Below, piece by piece: positions 51,669 through 62,897 of a DNA stretch of 64,000 nt. Source of the stretch: Diplonema japonicum (lineage: Eukaryota; Protista; Euglenozoa: Diplonemea); NCBI GenBank assembly GCA_964019335.1, contig OZ025684.1, positions 372,001 to 436,000 on the forward strand, read 5' to 3'. Below the pieces are notes generated by a model that saw only the letters and a program-made list of their open reading frames with translations, searched no databases and was not told the origin of the DNA. Position 1 is the first letter of the stretch. Each line of letters begins with the position of its first letter. The position numbers and the translations under genes were made by a program.

Positions 51669-54600
51669 TTCTTTTTTTTTTTCTCTTTTTTTTTTTTTTT
51701 TGGGTAATATGTTAAAATAAATAAAAATAAATAAAAATAAAAAAGAGATAGCAAAAAAAAAAAAAAAAAAAAAAAAAGAAAAAAGAAAGAAAATAAAAGA
51801 GAGTGAAGAAAAAAAAAAATTGAGAGGAGAATTATATCAAGGAGGAAAGGAGGAGAGGGAAAAGAAAAAAAAAAAAAAAACAAAGAAGATAAAAGTGAGA
51901 GGGGAAGTGAAATACCGGTAGTGAAATAGTATATAAAAAAAAAGAAGATAATATATGAGTTAAAGGAAGTCTCACAAAGAAAAAAAAGAATGAGAAAAAA
52001 AAAGGGAATCTTTGGGGAAACCCCCACAAAGAAATAGGTTTTCTTTTTTTTTTTCTTTCTTCTCTTCTACCCCCCCTTTTTCCAACTTGAGAAAAACGAG
52101 AGGAAAAAAAAAAAAGGAGAAAAAACAAGAGAAACCGGAAAATACAGAGAGGGAGGTAAACATATAAAAGGGAGAGGGGCGAGGGAGGAGGGGGATATGA
52201 AAGAGAAACTTGCTTGTGTGACTTGGCAATCAGTTGCTGGTAAAAAAGAAAGAATAAAAAAAAAAGAAATACAAAGAATAAAAAAATACACAAAAGAACA
52301 GAAGCGAGAACCTCAGGGACAACTTTTTCGATTTTGCACCAGCCTTCTGGCTTCTCTCAGAGGAAAAAAAAAGGATCAAAAAAGATATATTTATTTATTC
52401 CCTCCATTTTTTTTTCCCTTTCACTATGCCCCTATCCATTCTCCTTATTAGTTGCTTCTATGTATTGTACTTTTTTCTTTTTTTTTTTCTTTTTTTTTTT
52501 TTTTTGTTGTTTGCTGTGATCAGGCAAATCAGTTTTGCATTGAGTATAGAAAAAGATATTGGTGACATTTGTCAGCAGCGGTCTTTGCAAATTACCACAG
52601 CTTGGGGGGCCCCAAAGTGCACGTTAGGTCAGTACACTGGGGTAGGGGTGCGGGGTGGTTTCAAAAAAAAAATATGTTGCGTCCCCAGCCACCTCGTTCT
52701 CAAGGTAAATTCGAGGTCATTTTTTTTTTCGCTTGAACTACCTGTCCCCGCCCCACAGCAGTTTGTCCACAGACTTCTCTGTAACGTCATGCTGCCCCTT
52801 AAACTAAATAAAATAACATACAAAAAGAAACACTGAACTTTTTAAAGAAATACGGGTAGTGAGAAGCACTCTACATGACAGCCTTTTCTGGGCCTGCGCA
52901 TCTGCTTAGGCGGAGCAAAAAAGGTTTTTTTTTTGCGTTGTGTCATCCCATGGGATTGTCTGAGAAAAGGATTTTTTTTTTTTTTTTTTTTTTTTTCCCG
53001 ACTTGTCCCACTTGTCGCCCATTTTTTTTTTTTTCCTCCATTAGTTGCCTTTTGAGTATGTTCTTTTTTTTTTTTTTTCAAAAAAAAAAAAAAAAAAAAA
53101 AAAAGAAAAAGAAATTGAGGATCGGCACCTCCCTTAGTTTTCTTCGTGGCTCATTTCATAACAGAAAGATTCTATTTTTTTTTTCGTTATATATATTCCT
53201 TTCTTCTTTAATTTATGTAGTATATGTCTCGATTTCCACCGTCAGGTCTTTCGGTGTGCGAACCTGACACAAGAGATTTTGCATTGGAAAAAAAAAAAAA
53301 AAAAAGAGAGATTTAAAAGCGAGTAACAAAATGTTCAAGGCCCTGTTCTGGCAAGGTGCTCTGAAAAACCATTGACTGTGGTGAAATTGAAAGCACCTTT
53401 TCTTTTTTTTTTTTTCCCCTTTCTTTTCTTTCTTTTCCCTTTTTTTTATATTTCGAAAAAATCTTTTTTTTTTTCTTCTTTTTTTTTTTTTTGTTTGCAG
53501 CAAAAACTGTAAAACCAAGAATAATCCTCACCCCAAAAAAAGAAAAAAAGAAAAAAGAAAAAAAAGAAAAAAAAGCCACGCATTTCTAATTAAATGTGCA
53601 ATTTTCTTTCCGATGAACTTTGCTTGTCACTTGATTCGATTCCTTGGTTTACAAAAAATAAATAAAAAACATGGTGTTTGTTTTCTGCTTTGTTCTCTCT
53701 TCACTTTATGTGTGAACAGGACCGCATTCTTATATCTTGGAGAAACCGCTGCTGAAAGGGTAAGTCGTTTCATTTTTATTGGGGGGGGGAATCACGAAAA
53801 TTGACTCGTGCCCCCTTTGCCAATAAAAAACTACTTCGGCACTCCCCCCCCCACCTCCCCTTGACAACAAATTATTTTTAAGAAAAGGATTTTTTTTTTT
53901 CCGCCGTTCCTTTTTCTTTTTTTTTCCCCTTCCTTTTTCTCTATTCCGGAATTAAATCCAGGCAGTTAAAAGAGGTTTCTTACTTTGCGCACTAGAACAG
54001 TGGAAGAAAGAAGGAGGTGTGGGGGGGGGGGGGGGGAACAGAATTCTCTTCCCCCCCCTTTTTTTTCTCCTTTTTTTTTAAAAATTTGCAATTTCTCATT
54101 CTGCGTTTTTCTCTATTCTTTTTTTAAACGCAGAATTCAAAAAAAAAATAAATAAAATTAAAAATACTAGAGGGCGGAGGCACATACAGGAGATAAAGCT
54201 TTATTGCTCCCTTGCACATTTTCCTTGGCCGTAACTGGATGGACAAAAAAAAAAAAAAAATGGGAAAAAAAAACTGCTTCCTTTTTCATCATTTTTGAGG
54301 AGAAGTTCGCAGCTTTTGCCAACAGTGGTTTTTTTTTTCTTTTTTTTTCTCTTTCTTTTGTTGTAAAAAGAAAATAATTTTTCATTTTTTGATTAAACGC
54401 GCGCAAGTCCGCACTTTTTCACGTGGTTTTGGGGTACATAAAACTGCTCTGCGTACGGTTTCTTTTTTTTTTTTTTTTCCTCTTTTTCTTAAAGAAACTC
54501 AAACTGGAACGGGAAAAAAAAGATGAAGAAGAATGTCTTTATTTGCCTCTAAAATCATTGATATTTGAGCAACTTCTGTTCTCAAAAAAAAGAAAAAAAA

Positions 54601-54730
54601 AAAAAAAAAACCAACACAAAAAAAATATGAAGAATGAAGAATGAAGAATGAAAAATAGAGATAAATAAATCAAAAATATTTAAACTTTTTTAAATTTTTT
54701 TTTTCTTTTTTTATTTATAAACTCCGTTCA

Positions 54731-54761
<31 letters not shown>

Positions 54762-55699
54762 CATAAAATTTCCTTTCCTTCTTTTTATATATATTTTTTC
54801 GTCCTATATTGCCTCTGTAAATCTGTAAATCTAAATGTGTAGAATAAAAAAAGTGCCACTGACAAGCGCCCGAGTTTTTTGTATCCGGGAATCCGTCAAG
54901 CCGGGAGTTTTTCCCATCCGAGCTTGTTAGTCAGCCATCTTTCACTTTCTACATATTCCTATTTTAACTGTCACCACCTTCCTAGTCACTGTGACTCCAC
55001 TTAGCAGATCTTACATTTTTGTTCAAAGAAGGAGCAGGGGAAAAGAGGAAAAAAAAAAAAAAAAGCAAAACACAACGCGAAATCACAACCGCAAGCAAAG
55101 AAATAATTTATTTTCTTCTTCTAAATTCCTTTTTTTTTTTTAAAACATGGGTCGTCCTGATCTTCAATTTGGTGCGCCATAAAGTGGAAACAAAAAAAAA
55201 AAAAAAATGGGAAATTCTCAATTTTTTTTTTTTTTTTTTTTTTTCCCCTAGTGAAGTGTCTGACACCGCACATTCTATAGAGGCGGTCCACATGGGTTTC
55301 ACATCCAGGATAGAGCCCCTGATTTATAAGTGTACAATTCTTCAAAATTTCTTCATTTATTTTGTGAGGTAAAACAAAAATAAAAATCCCGGTAACCAGG
55401 TAAAATAAAGCCCTCCCCCCAATGGCGGGTGTTTGTGTATATCGTTTGACAGGGCAGGAGGAAAGCAAATGACTTACGAAAAAAAAAAAAAAAACATGAT
55501 TTTGTTGGGGCCAGCTAGGTGGGTTTCGTTAGTTGTTTAGACCCGTCGTCTGGTAATTTTGACCATCTAAGAACAACAAAAAAAAAAGAAAAAGAAAAAC
55601 AACAACAACAACAACAACAACAAAAAAAAAAAAGAGGTGAAAGGCTTTCATTTAAGGTGTGCGGGTTTGCTTTTCGCTTTCCTAGGGCGGCCCTTGTGA

Positions 55700-55765
<66 letters not shown>

Positions 55766-55833
55766 CTGCGACTAAACCGCTAGACCGGTTAAGGAGCAAT
55801 TGTAAGCGCAACAATAAAATGTCCACTGATGGG

Positions 55834-55868
<35 letters not shown>

Positions 55869-56321
55869 AGAAGAGGAACTGGCCGTTGTATGTACGTGCC
55901 GGGTAAAGTTTGTGAACCTGAAACACGTTGCCAACATTCCCCTTTTGTTTAGACAAGTCAAAGACTCGTTCTTGAAAAAAGAAAAAAAAAAAAAAAAAGA
56001 AATGCAAAGAAGGGTCGGTAAGAGCATAATCTTACGCAGGGGCACATATTTGAATACATCCCCGTTCCCATTTTTCTTCTTTCCTTTTTTTTATTTTCTT
56101 CTTTTTTTTTATTTTCCCACATGCCAAACGAAAACTTTTTTTCGTTTTGAACAGCTGTTGAAAACGAATAAAAAAGGAAGAAGAAAAGAAAAAATAAGGC
56201 AAAACCGCCGTTCCCGCAGGAGGAAAAAAGGGAGAGGAATATCTTTATAAAAAATGAAAAAAGTTTTTTTTTCGAAAAAAAAAAGGGGGGAAAGAAAGAA
56301 AAAGAAAGCAGCGCGAAAGAA

Positions 56322-56358
<37 letters not shown>

Positions 56359-57610
56359 AGTGCAAAGAAATAGAAAAAAAAAAAAAGAAGCAGAAAAAAA
56401 ACGTGAGTAGGAAGAGGTATGAGGGAAAAATAAAAAAAGAAGGAATGAAAGAAGAAAAAAAAAAAAACCAAATCAGTAACCGGCTTTTTCTTCTTCTTTT
56501 TTTTTTTCCCCTTCTTTTACCCGGCCTTTCCTTGATAGGCAAAGGTAGAGGGGGGAAATAAAAAAATAAAAATAAACCCGCTATTATTTTTTTTTTTTTT
56601 TCCCCTCGGAAAAAGGGGGTCCAGACCCTCAGTGAAACCAGTTGGGCACCTTGTGGCTAATCGAGTAATTTTGTTTTGTCTTGGCTTCCTTGTCAAGTAC
56701 TTTCCCACAGGGAGCCAAAACAGGATGGCAAAGTCGTGTCGGATATCTCTACACATGCCCCAACAGGCCAAGAGCGGACCCCAAAAAAGTGAAATTTGGG
56801 CTTTAGTTAAAAAATAGGAGGAAAGGAAAAAGAAATAAAATAAGAAAAAGAGGGTTCACTTCAGTACTTTCTCTTTCTTTCATTGGGGGAAGATAAATAA
56901 GAGTGTGGCGATTTTTTTTTTTTTTTTTTTTCCCCTCTTTCTTTCCGGTTCTTCAATTGTTGTTTACTGCAATTTAAATACTGTAAAAAATGAAAAAAAA
57001 AAACCCCCGAGTTTTTTTTTTTTGAACTTCAGGGGCAGTTTTGGACACCCCCCCTTTTTTTTACAGTATTTTTTCGTTCTTCTTCTTTTTTTTTGCTTTT
57101 GAAAAAAAAGCAAAAATTCTTTTAACAAAAAGAGGTTTAGGCGATGATGCGTAAAAGCCGGACGAACCTACCCCTACTCTTCCCTAATTTTCTTTTTATT
57201 AAAAAAAAAGCAAACAACTAATTCATGGAAAAAAAAAAAAAAAAAAAAAAAGAAGAACCGCTAAAAAGACCTCTTTTCTTTCATTCTTTCTTTTCCTCTC
57301 CCACAAATAGATTGCAAAAAAAAAAAAAATAGAAAACTTCGCTAAAGTAAAACAAAATCAGCAAAAAAGTAGAGTATGTTGGGGAAGGGGGGGGAGGAGG
57401 GCAACAAAGTGTCTTTTTACACAGTCAATAAAAAAGCAAATTGAAAGGGAACAAAATTTAAGGGGGGGGAAAAAAGAACAAAAAAAAAGCCTCTTGTCTT
57501 TTTTTTTTCCTGCACCTTCTCTCTTTCTCATTTCCCGTTTTTTTTTTTTTTTTTTTTTCCCTTCAGAATTTTTTTCCCCCTTCTGTTTGTTTGTTTGTTT
57601 GTTTTGTTTT

Positions 57611-57649
<39 letters not shown>

Positions 57650-57930
57650 CAGTAGTGGCAGGACGACTCCCCTAAAAAAAATTCTACAACTGCAGCTACG
57701 AAGAGAAGGAAAATGAAAAAAAAAAAAAAATGAATGGAAAAGAAATTTTTAAGAAAAATCAACAACGAATGTTGTTGCTTTTTTTTTTCTTTTTTTTTCC
57801 CCCCTTTTTTTTTTTCGGACAAAATCGGAAAAAAAAAAAAGGGTTGAAGAGATATCTGGCTGGAAACGTAAAAAAGTCCGGCTTTAAATAAAATAAATAC
57901 AACTCAAAAACTGATCGAAAAGATAGGGGG

Positions 57931-57976
<46 letters not shown>

Positions 57977-59054
57977 AAACCTGTTTTTTTTCTGCCCTAA
58001 CCGAGCCTTCTAGTTATCCTACAGTTCAAAATGAGTGGATTAGACCCCCTTTTTTTTTTGGATTCCTCATAAAATAGTCACAGGTTTCTTAAATTACCTT
58101 CTTTATCCTTCCCTTGGCTGATACTCTGTATCCCTCTGGGTGAGGCAGCGTAGGATATAAAAGTCCACTTTAAATCAAATAGTTTTTCTTTTTCCTTCTT
58201 TTTTTTTTCTTTCTTTTTTTTTTTTTTCCCCACTTGCACTATCAATTTACAGTACTAAAAAAGAAAGGCAAGCTATTCGTCATTCGTGCGTGCTGCGGAT
58301 ACTGTTACACTTTTTTTTTTTTTTTTTTTTTTTTTTTTCCTTCTTTTTTTTTTTTTCTTCATCATCAATAAAAAAAAAAAAAAAAAAAAAGGTTCATTGG
58401 AGCTTTTGTGAACACGCAACTGAGCAGCACAACAACAACGACTGAGATTTTTTTTTTTTTTTTTTGAAAAACTTTCCCATTAGAAAAAAAAGGGGGAGAG
58501 GGGGGGAAAAAAAAACTAGACATTTAACCTGAGGTGTTCTCAGGTCTTCACTGATCTAGTCACTATCTTTTCTCCCTCTTCTTCTTTTTTTTCTCTTTTT
58601 TTTTTCTTCTTCTTCTTCTTCTTCTTCTTCTTCTTCTTCTTCTTTTTTTTTTTTTCTCCCCACCCACTGTGGGCTTGTCATTTCTTAGAATATTGGTTTA
58701 GATGTCATCTAATACCGGGCTTGGACTCAATATGAAAACGGAAAAAGGATATTTGCCGCTTGTTTCAAATTAATTTCGTACTACAGACTCTTTTAAGAGC
58801 CAAAAAAAAAATAGTAATCTTCAGGAAACAACTTTTCTAAATATTTCTTTTTCGTTTCCATATCATGTCCAAAAAATTCGGTAAAGTAGTAAAGCCTTGA
58901 GGGAAAAAAAATAAATAAATTTATAGAACTTCGAATTAAAAAAAAAATGGGGAAAACGGTTTTTTTTTGGGGGGGGAGGGGAAAGAAGTAAAAGTACTTT
59001 GTCCCTTTTTTTTTTTTTTTGTCACCTCAATGGAAACATTTCAGATAGCGTTAA

Positions 59055-59089
<35 letters not shown>

Positions 59090-59115
59090 AAAAGAAGTAT
59101 GACTTTAATTGCCTC

Positions 59116-60385
59116 TCAAGTCTTTGACTTGAAAAACAATTTTTGTAGGCGATGCTGTCGCGAACAACTGCAGGTTCCCTTCAAAGACCATCTTTGGGGG
59201 TCGGTGACGGTGTTGTCGGGGGTGCTATCGGTTTTTGGGGCATGGGTGAGAAGCTTGCCAACAAGTTCTTCTTTGAAGCTCGGGAAACCATAATTTTTGC
59301 CACATTCCCTGCTCTTCTTCCAGATTATGGAGGGGTTGGCAACACAGCTTTCCAGGACCCAATAAAAAACGACCATGGTCCACTTCCGGGTTTTCATATG
59401 CCGAACTCCAGTCCCCTGGAGCAGGTCTTGCCGGTCAGGGGTCGACAGCAAACCCTTAGGAGTCGACAGTACGCATGACTAGGTCCTGTGTTGTGGACTT
59501 CTTGCTGAAAATGTTGAAATTCGCCAGGTAACAGTTTTATGAGTCGCATGTAGCGATTACCTTGATGCCCACCGAGTTGCTTTTTCGTGGTGCCATGACT
59601 TTTATTGTTGTCGGGATAACACTGTCGTCAACAGACAACCACTTGCCAGGGGTCCGCACAGTCCTACACCGGTTGACAATGATGTCAAGAAACCTGCATG
59701 AGGAGCAGTTTCAGGCCTTCCAAATGTTTTCCAGGTTGTCAAAGGTGAGGTAGCGCTGTATGTCAACGAATCGGTTTGCTCATTTTCTCAAAAGCCGGAT
59801 GGCTAAATTAGAATTTGTTGTCCAGTAGCTCTTCATTCGGTGCCGAGCGTAAACCCATTAACAGGACCAACCCAAGCCAAATTTTGTACTCTGGGATGGA
59901 AAGATTCAGATTCCGCTGTTTTTTTGAACCGAAACGACCGTTCGTGGAAGAAACTATGAGCTCAAGTACCGCGTGTGTAAAAAAAAAGATTAAAAACACC
60001 CTCCTCATTGGCCGCTTCACCTAGAGGTGTCCTAAGCCCACCTTTTTACGGAAATGATATGTTTCGGGCCTTTGGGAGTATTTCTCCCACCCAAGCATCG
60101 TTTCCGGCCCCTCTTTGACCACCTCATCGTCTTTTTCTTCTTTTTCTGACCAGTCGGGGGAGACTCACGTTTTCGCTGCTATTTTGACCATCTGATTTCA
60201 TTTTAAGCCAACCCTGCCGGTTTCAATTAAAACAAAACGTTTAACGCAAAATGTAGTTCCAAGACAAAATAAACCGCGCAACAATGCCATATTTTGAAGT
60301 CCAGGGGCCGTGTTCAAAAAAAAGTACTTAGCGAAAAAGCAAATTTTGAAATAAGGACAAAAACGTCCGCGCTGGCGTTTAGGGG
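59116..60385 (-). mobile_element. Decayed, internally deleted piggyBac-like DNA transposon
   Basis: VDDSVIP...SVGIKVIATCDS.NCYLANF and TRKWTMVVFYWVLESCVAN...FKEELVGKLL motifs. Possible terminus CCCCTAAACG at 60385, near a TTAA at 60390-60393. Confidence 0.7.
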
Positions 60386-61445
60386 TTATTTAATTTTTGT
60401 AAAGTTGGGAAATTCGGACACCAAGAAAACTGCAATCATAGCAGAGCAATGCTGAGTTTTGTCGCACTCGCCTCTCGGATACACCGGTTCAAGTACTGGA
60501 AGGTGAACTTTCTTTTGGAAAATCGGGGTCAAAAGACCTGACCTACGGCGGTGTTAGCGGCCGCCAGATTCAAAAGAAAATGAAGGCGGATACCGAAAAA
60601 CCCCGAAAAATTGCTTTGAGTAAAAAAAAAAATAAAAATCAGATTTTTACTCTTGCATTTTTTTTTTTTTTTTTTTACCACACTTTCTTTAAAAAGCCAA
60701 GTTCGGGTCCATTGCTTTGCATTTCATGTAACTTTGCGGAATTAAATAAAAATAATTGTTGAAAGGTTGCATTTTCTGTGCGCAAACATGGGGGGGGGGG
60801 GGGGGGGGGGCAATGGTGAAACTTAAAGTAAAACCACTCATCTGAACTGCAAAATTTGCAGTGGGTGTGTTCCTATACTTCCTATCTGTTTCTACCCATT
60901 ACAGCAAATGTTCACAGCACAGTGTACCTTAGCGAAAAAAGAATTGGGGAAAAAAAAAAAAAAAAAGGCCTGTTTCGCAGGCCCCTAAAATAATGTGGTT
61001 TTTTTTCTTTTTTTTTTTTTTCGTTTTTCGTTTTTTTTTTTTTTTTTGTGACCTCCTTTTTTGTCTACATTCTTTTTTTTTTTTTTTAAAAATAAGAAAA
61101 AAAAAAAAAAAAAAAAAAAATGTGGGAAGGGAGTAGGAGGGGGAGGGAACGGGAATAATTAAAAAAATAAAAATAAAAATATTTCTCTTTTTTTTTTTTT
61201 TTTTTCCTTTTTTTTCTTTTTCTTTTTTTTTGCTTTCTTTCGGGCTTTCATTTTTCTGTTTCGAAAAAAAAAAAAAAAAAGTGGTGCACAATGTACAAGA
61301 AACAGTACACCAATGATGCAAAAAAAAAAAATAGGGGGGGACGGGGGCTGCAGAGCCCAGTCCTCCTAGTGTTTTGTTGTGTTGAGTAAAGGGGGTTTTT
61401 TTTGGGGGGGGGGAAGAGAGGGAGAATTTCTTTTTTTTTTCTCAT

Positions 61446-62015
61446 TCACGCCATTCTTTCAACCTGCACGCAGGTCTGCTCTGTGCTATAAGGGTCGAAC
61501 CTGTAAGCAAAAGGAAAGTCTGAGCGGGGAGACGAAGCTGTCTCAGGCGTGAGAGGGGGAGAAGAATCAGAGGACAAGTATGCCACATCGATCTCTAGAG
61601 AGGACTGTGACTGAGAAGAATCCTCCCCCTGTGCAGGGATTTCAACATCAAGGCTCTGTTTTGAAGACTGCCTTGCAAGCTCAGTAAGAATAGGAGTCAA
61701 ACGCTCTTCACCGTGGGCCTCAATCCTCTGCTGCAGGTTCCTCTTCCTGAAGTAGAGGTGCAGCTTCTCACACCTGTCCCCCTGCTGGCAGCTGCCCCTC
61801 ACCCAGAAGGAGTTGCATCTCAAAGACTTCACCATTTGCGTGCTGGCCTTTATCTTGTTCTCGCAACCCCTGCACCTTATCGTCATCTGCCCCCTCACCA
61901 CGCGCACATTGTCGTACCCGTTCACCTTGCACCCACAGCTCCTGATCAGCGCCTGCTGCGCCGCGCTCTCCCACTCAGCCATGTACGACGATGACGGGAT
62001 CTCTGCGTGCGGCAT
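61446..62015 (-). CDS. CCCH zinc-finger protein
   Basis: CNSFWVRGSCQQGDRCEKLH (C-x8-C-x5-C-x3-H), preceded by CGC...CRGC. Confidence 0.75.
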   Translation of the reverse strand: MPHAEIPSSSYMAEWESAAQQALIRSCGCKVNGYDNVRVVRGQMTIRCRGCENKIKASTQMVKSLRCNSFWVRGSCQQGDRCEKLHLYFRKRNLQQRIEAHGEERLTPILTELARQSSKQSLDVEIPAQGEDSSQSQSSLEIDVAYLSSDSSPPLTPETASSPRSDFPFAYRFDPYSTEQTCVQVERMA

Positions 62016-62246
62016 GGTTTTTTTTTTTGGGGGGTTTTTTTTTTTTTTTACTTTTTTTTTTAAACCCTGGGGGGGGGGGGGGGGGTCACATCGATTAATA
62101 ATATGCATGTGTGTAATAAAGAACCCCTAATAAAAAAAAAAAAAAAAAGAAAAAGATGGAGGAAGAAGGGAAAGAGGGAGAGAGAGAGAGAAAAAAAAAA
62201 GAAAAAGGCAGGATAACAAGGGGGGAAAAAAAAAGAAGAAAAAAAA

Positions 62247-62405
62247 CTCCATAAGATTTCAGTTTGCCCGCTTTATTCAAGAAGAAATTCACGCTAATGT
62301 TTTCACCGTTTCTGCAGTTGCTGTCTGGCGCCTGCGGTGGCTGTTTGTCACAAGATGGACGGCATCTGGGGCGAGAAACACAACCTCTGCATTGGAGTCG
62401 TGATG
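62247..62405 (-). mobile_element. Degenerate family C 3' fragment
   Basis: GAAATTCACGCTAAT...GTTGCTGTCTGGCGCCTGCGGTGGCTGTTTGTC...TGGACGGCATCTGG aligns with 10281-10392. Confidence 0.7.
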
Positions 62406-62672
62406 GGGTCTCTTAAAAAAAAAAAGAAAAAAATGAGGGTGACAGGGGAGGGGTATATAGATATAGTACCGCAAGAGAATGGAAGGATAAGAGAGCATTT
62501 TCTTTTTTTTTTCTTTTTTTTTTTTTGTTAAAGAACATAATGACGGAACAGAAATAGAGTAGGTGAGGTGAAAAGAGGGTGATGAAGAATTTCTTCTTCT
62601 TTTTTTTTTTTTTTTTTTTTTTTCTTCTGGGCTTCCTATTTTCTTTATCAACAAGGCGAATTATGCTGTTTC

Positions 62673-62705
<33 letters not shown>

Positions 62706-62854
62706 AACGCATTTTCAATTAGAGAAAAAAAAAAGAAGGAAAAGAGGAACTGGCCGTTGTTTGTGCGTGCCGGGTAAAACCTGGAGAAGTTTGTGAACCC
62801 GAAACACGTTGCCAACGTTCCCCTTTTGTTTAGACAAGTCGAAGACTCATTCTT

Positions 62855-62897
<43 letters not shown>

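Noticed and set aside
51665-58000. Numerous poly-Lys/poly-Phe ORFs here and in other intergenic regions
   Set aside because: Translations of A/T homopolymers.
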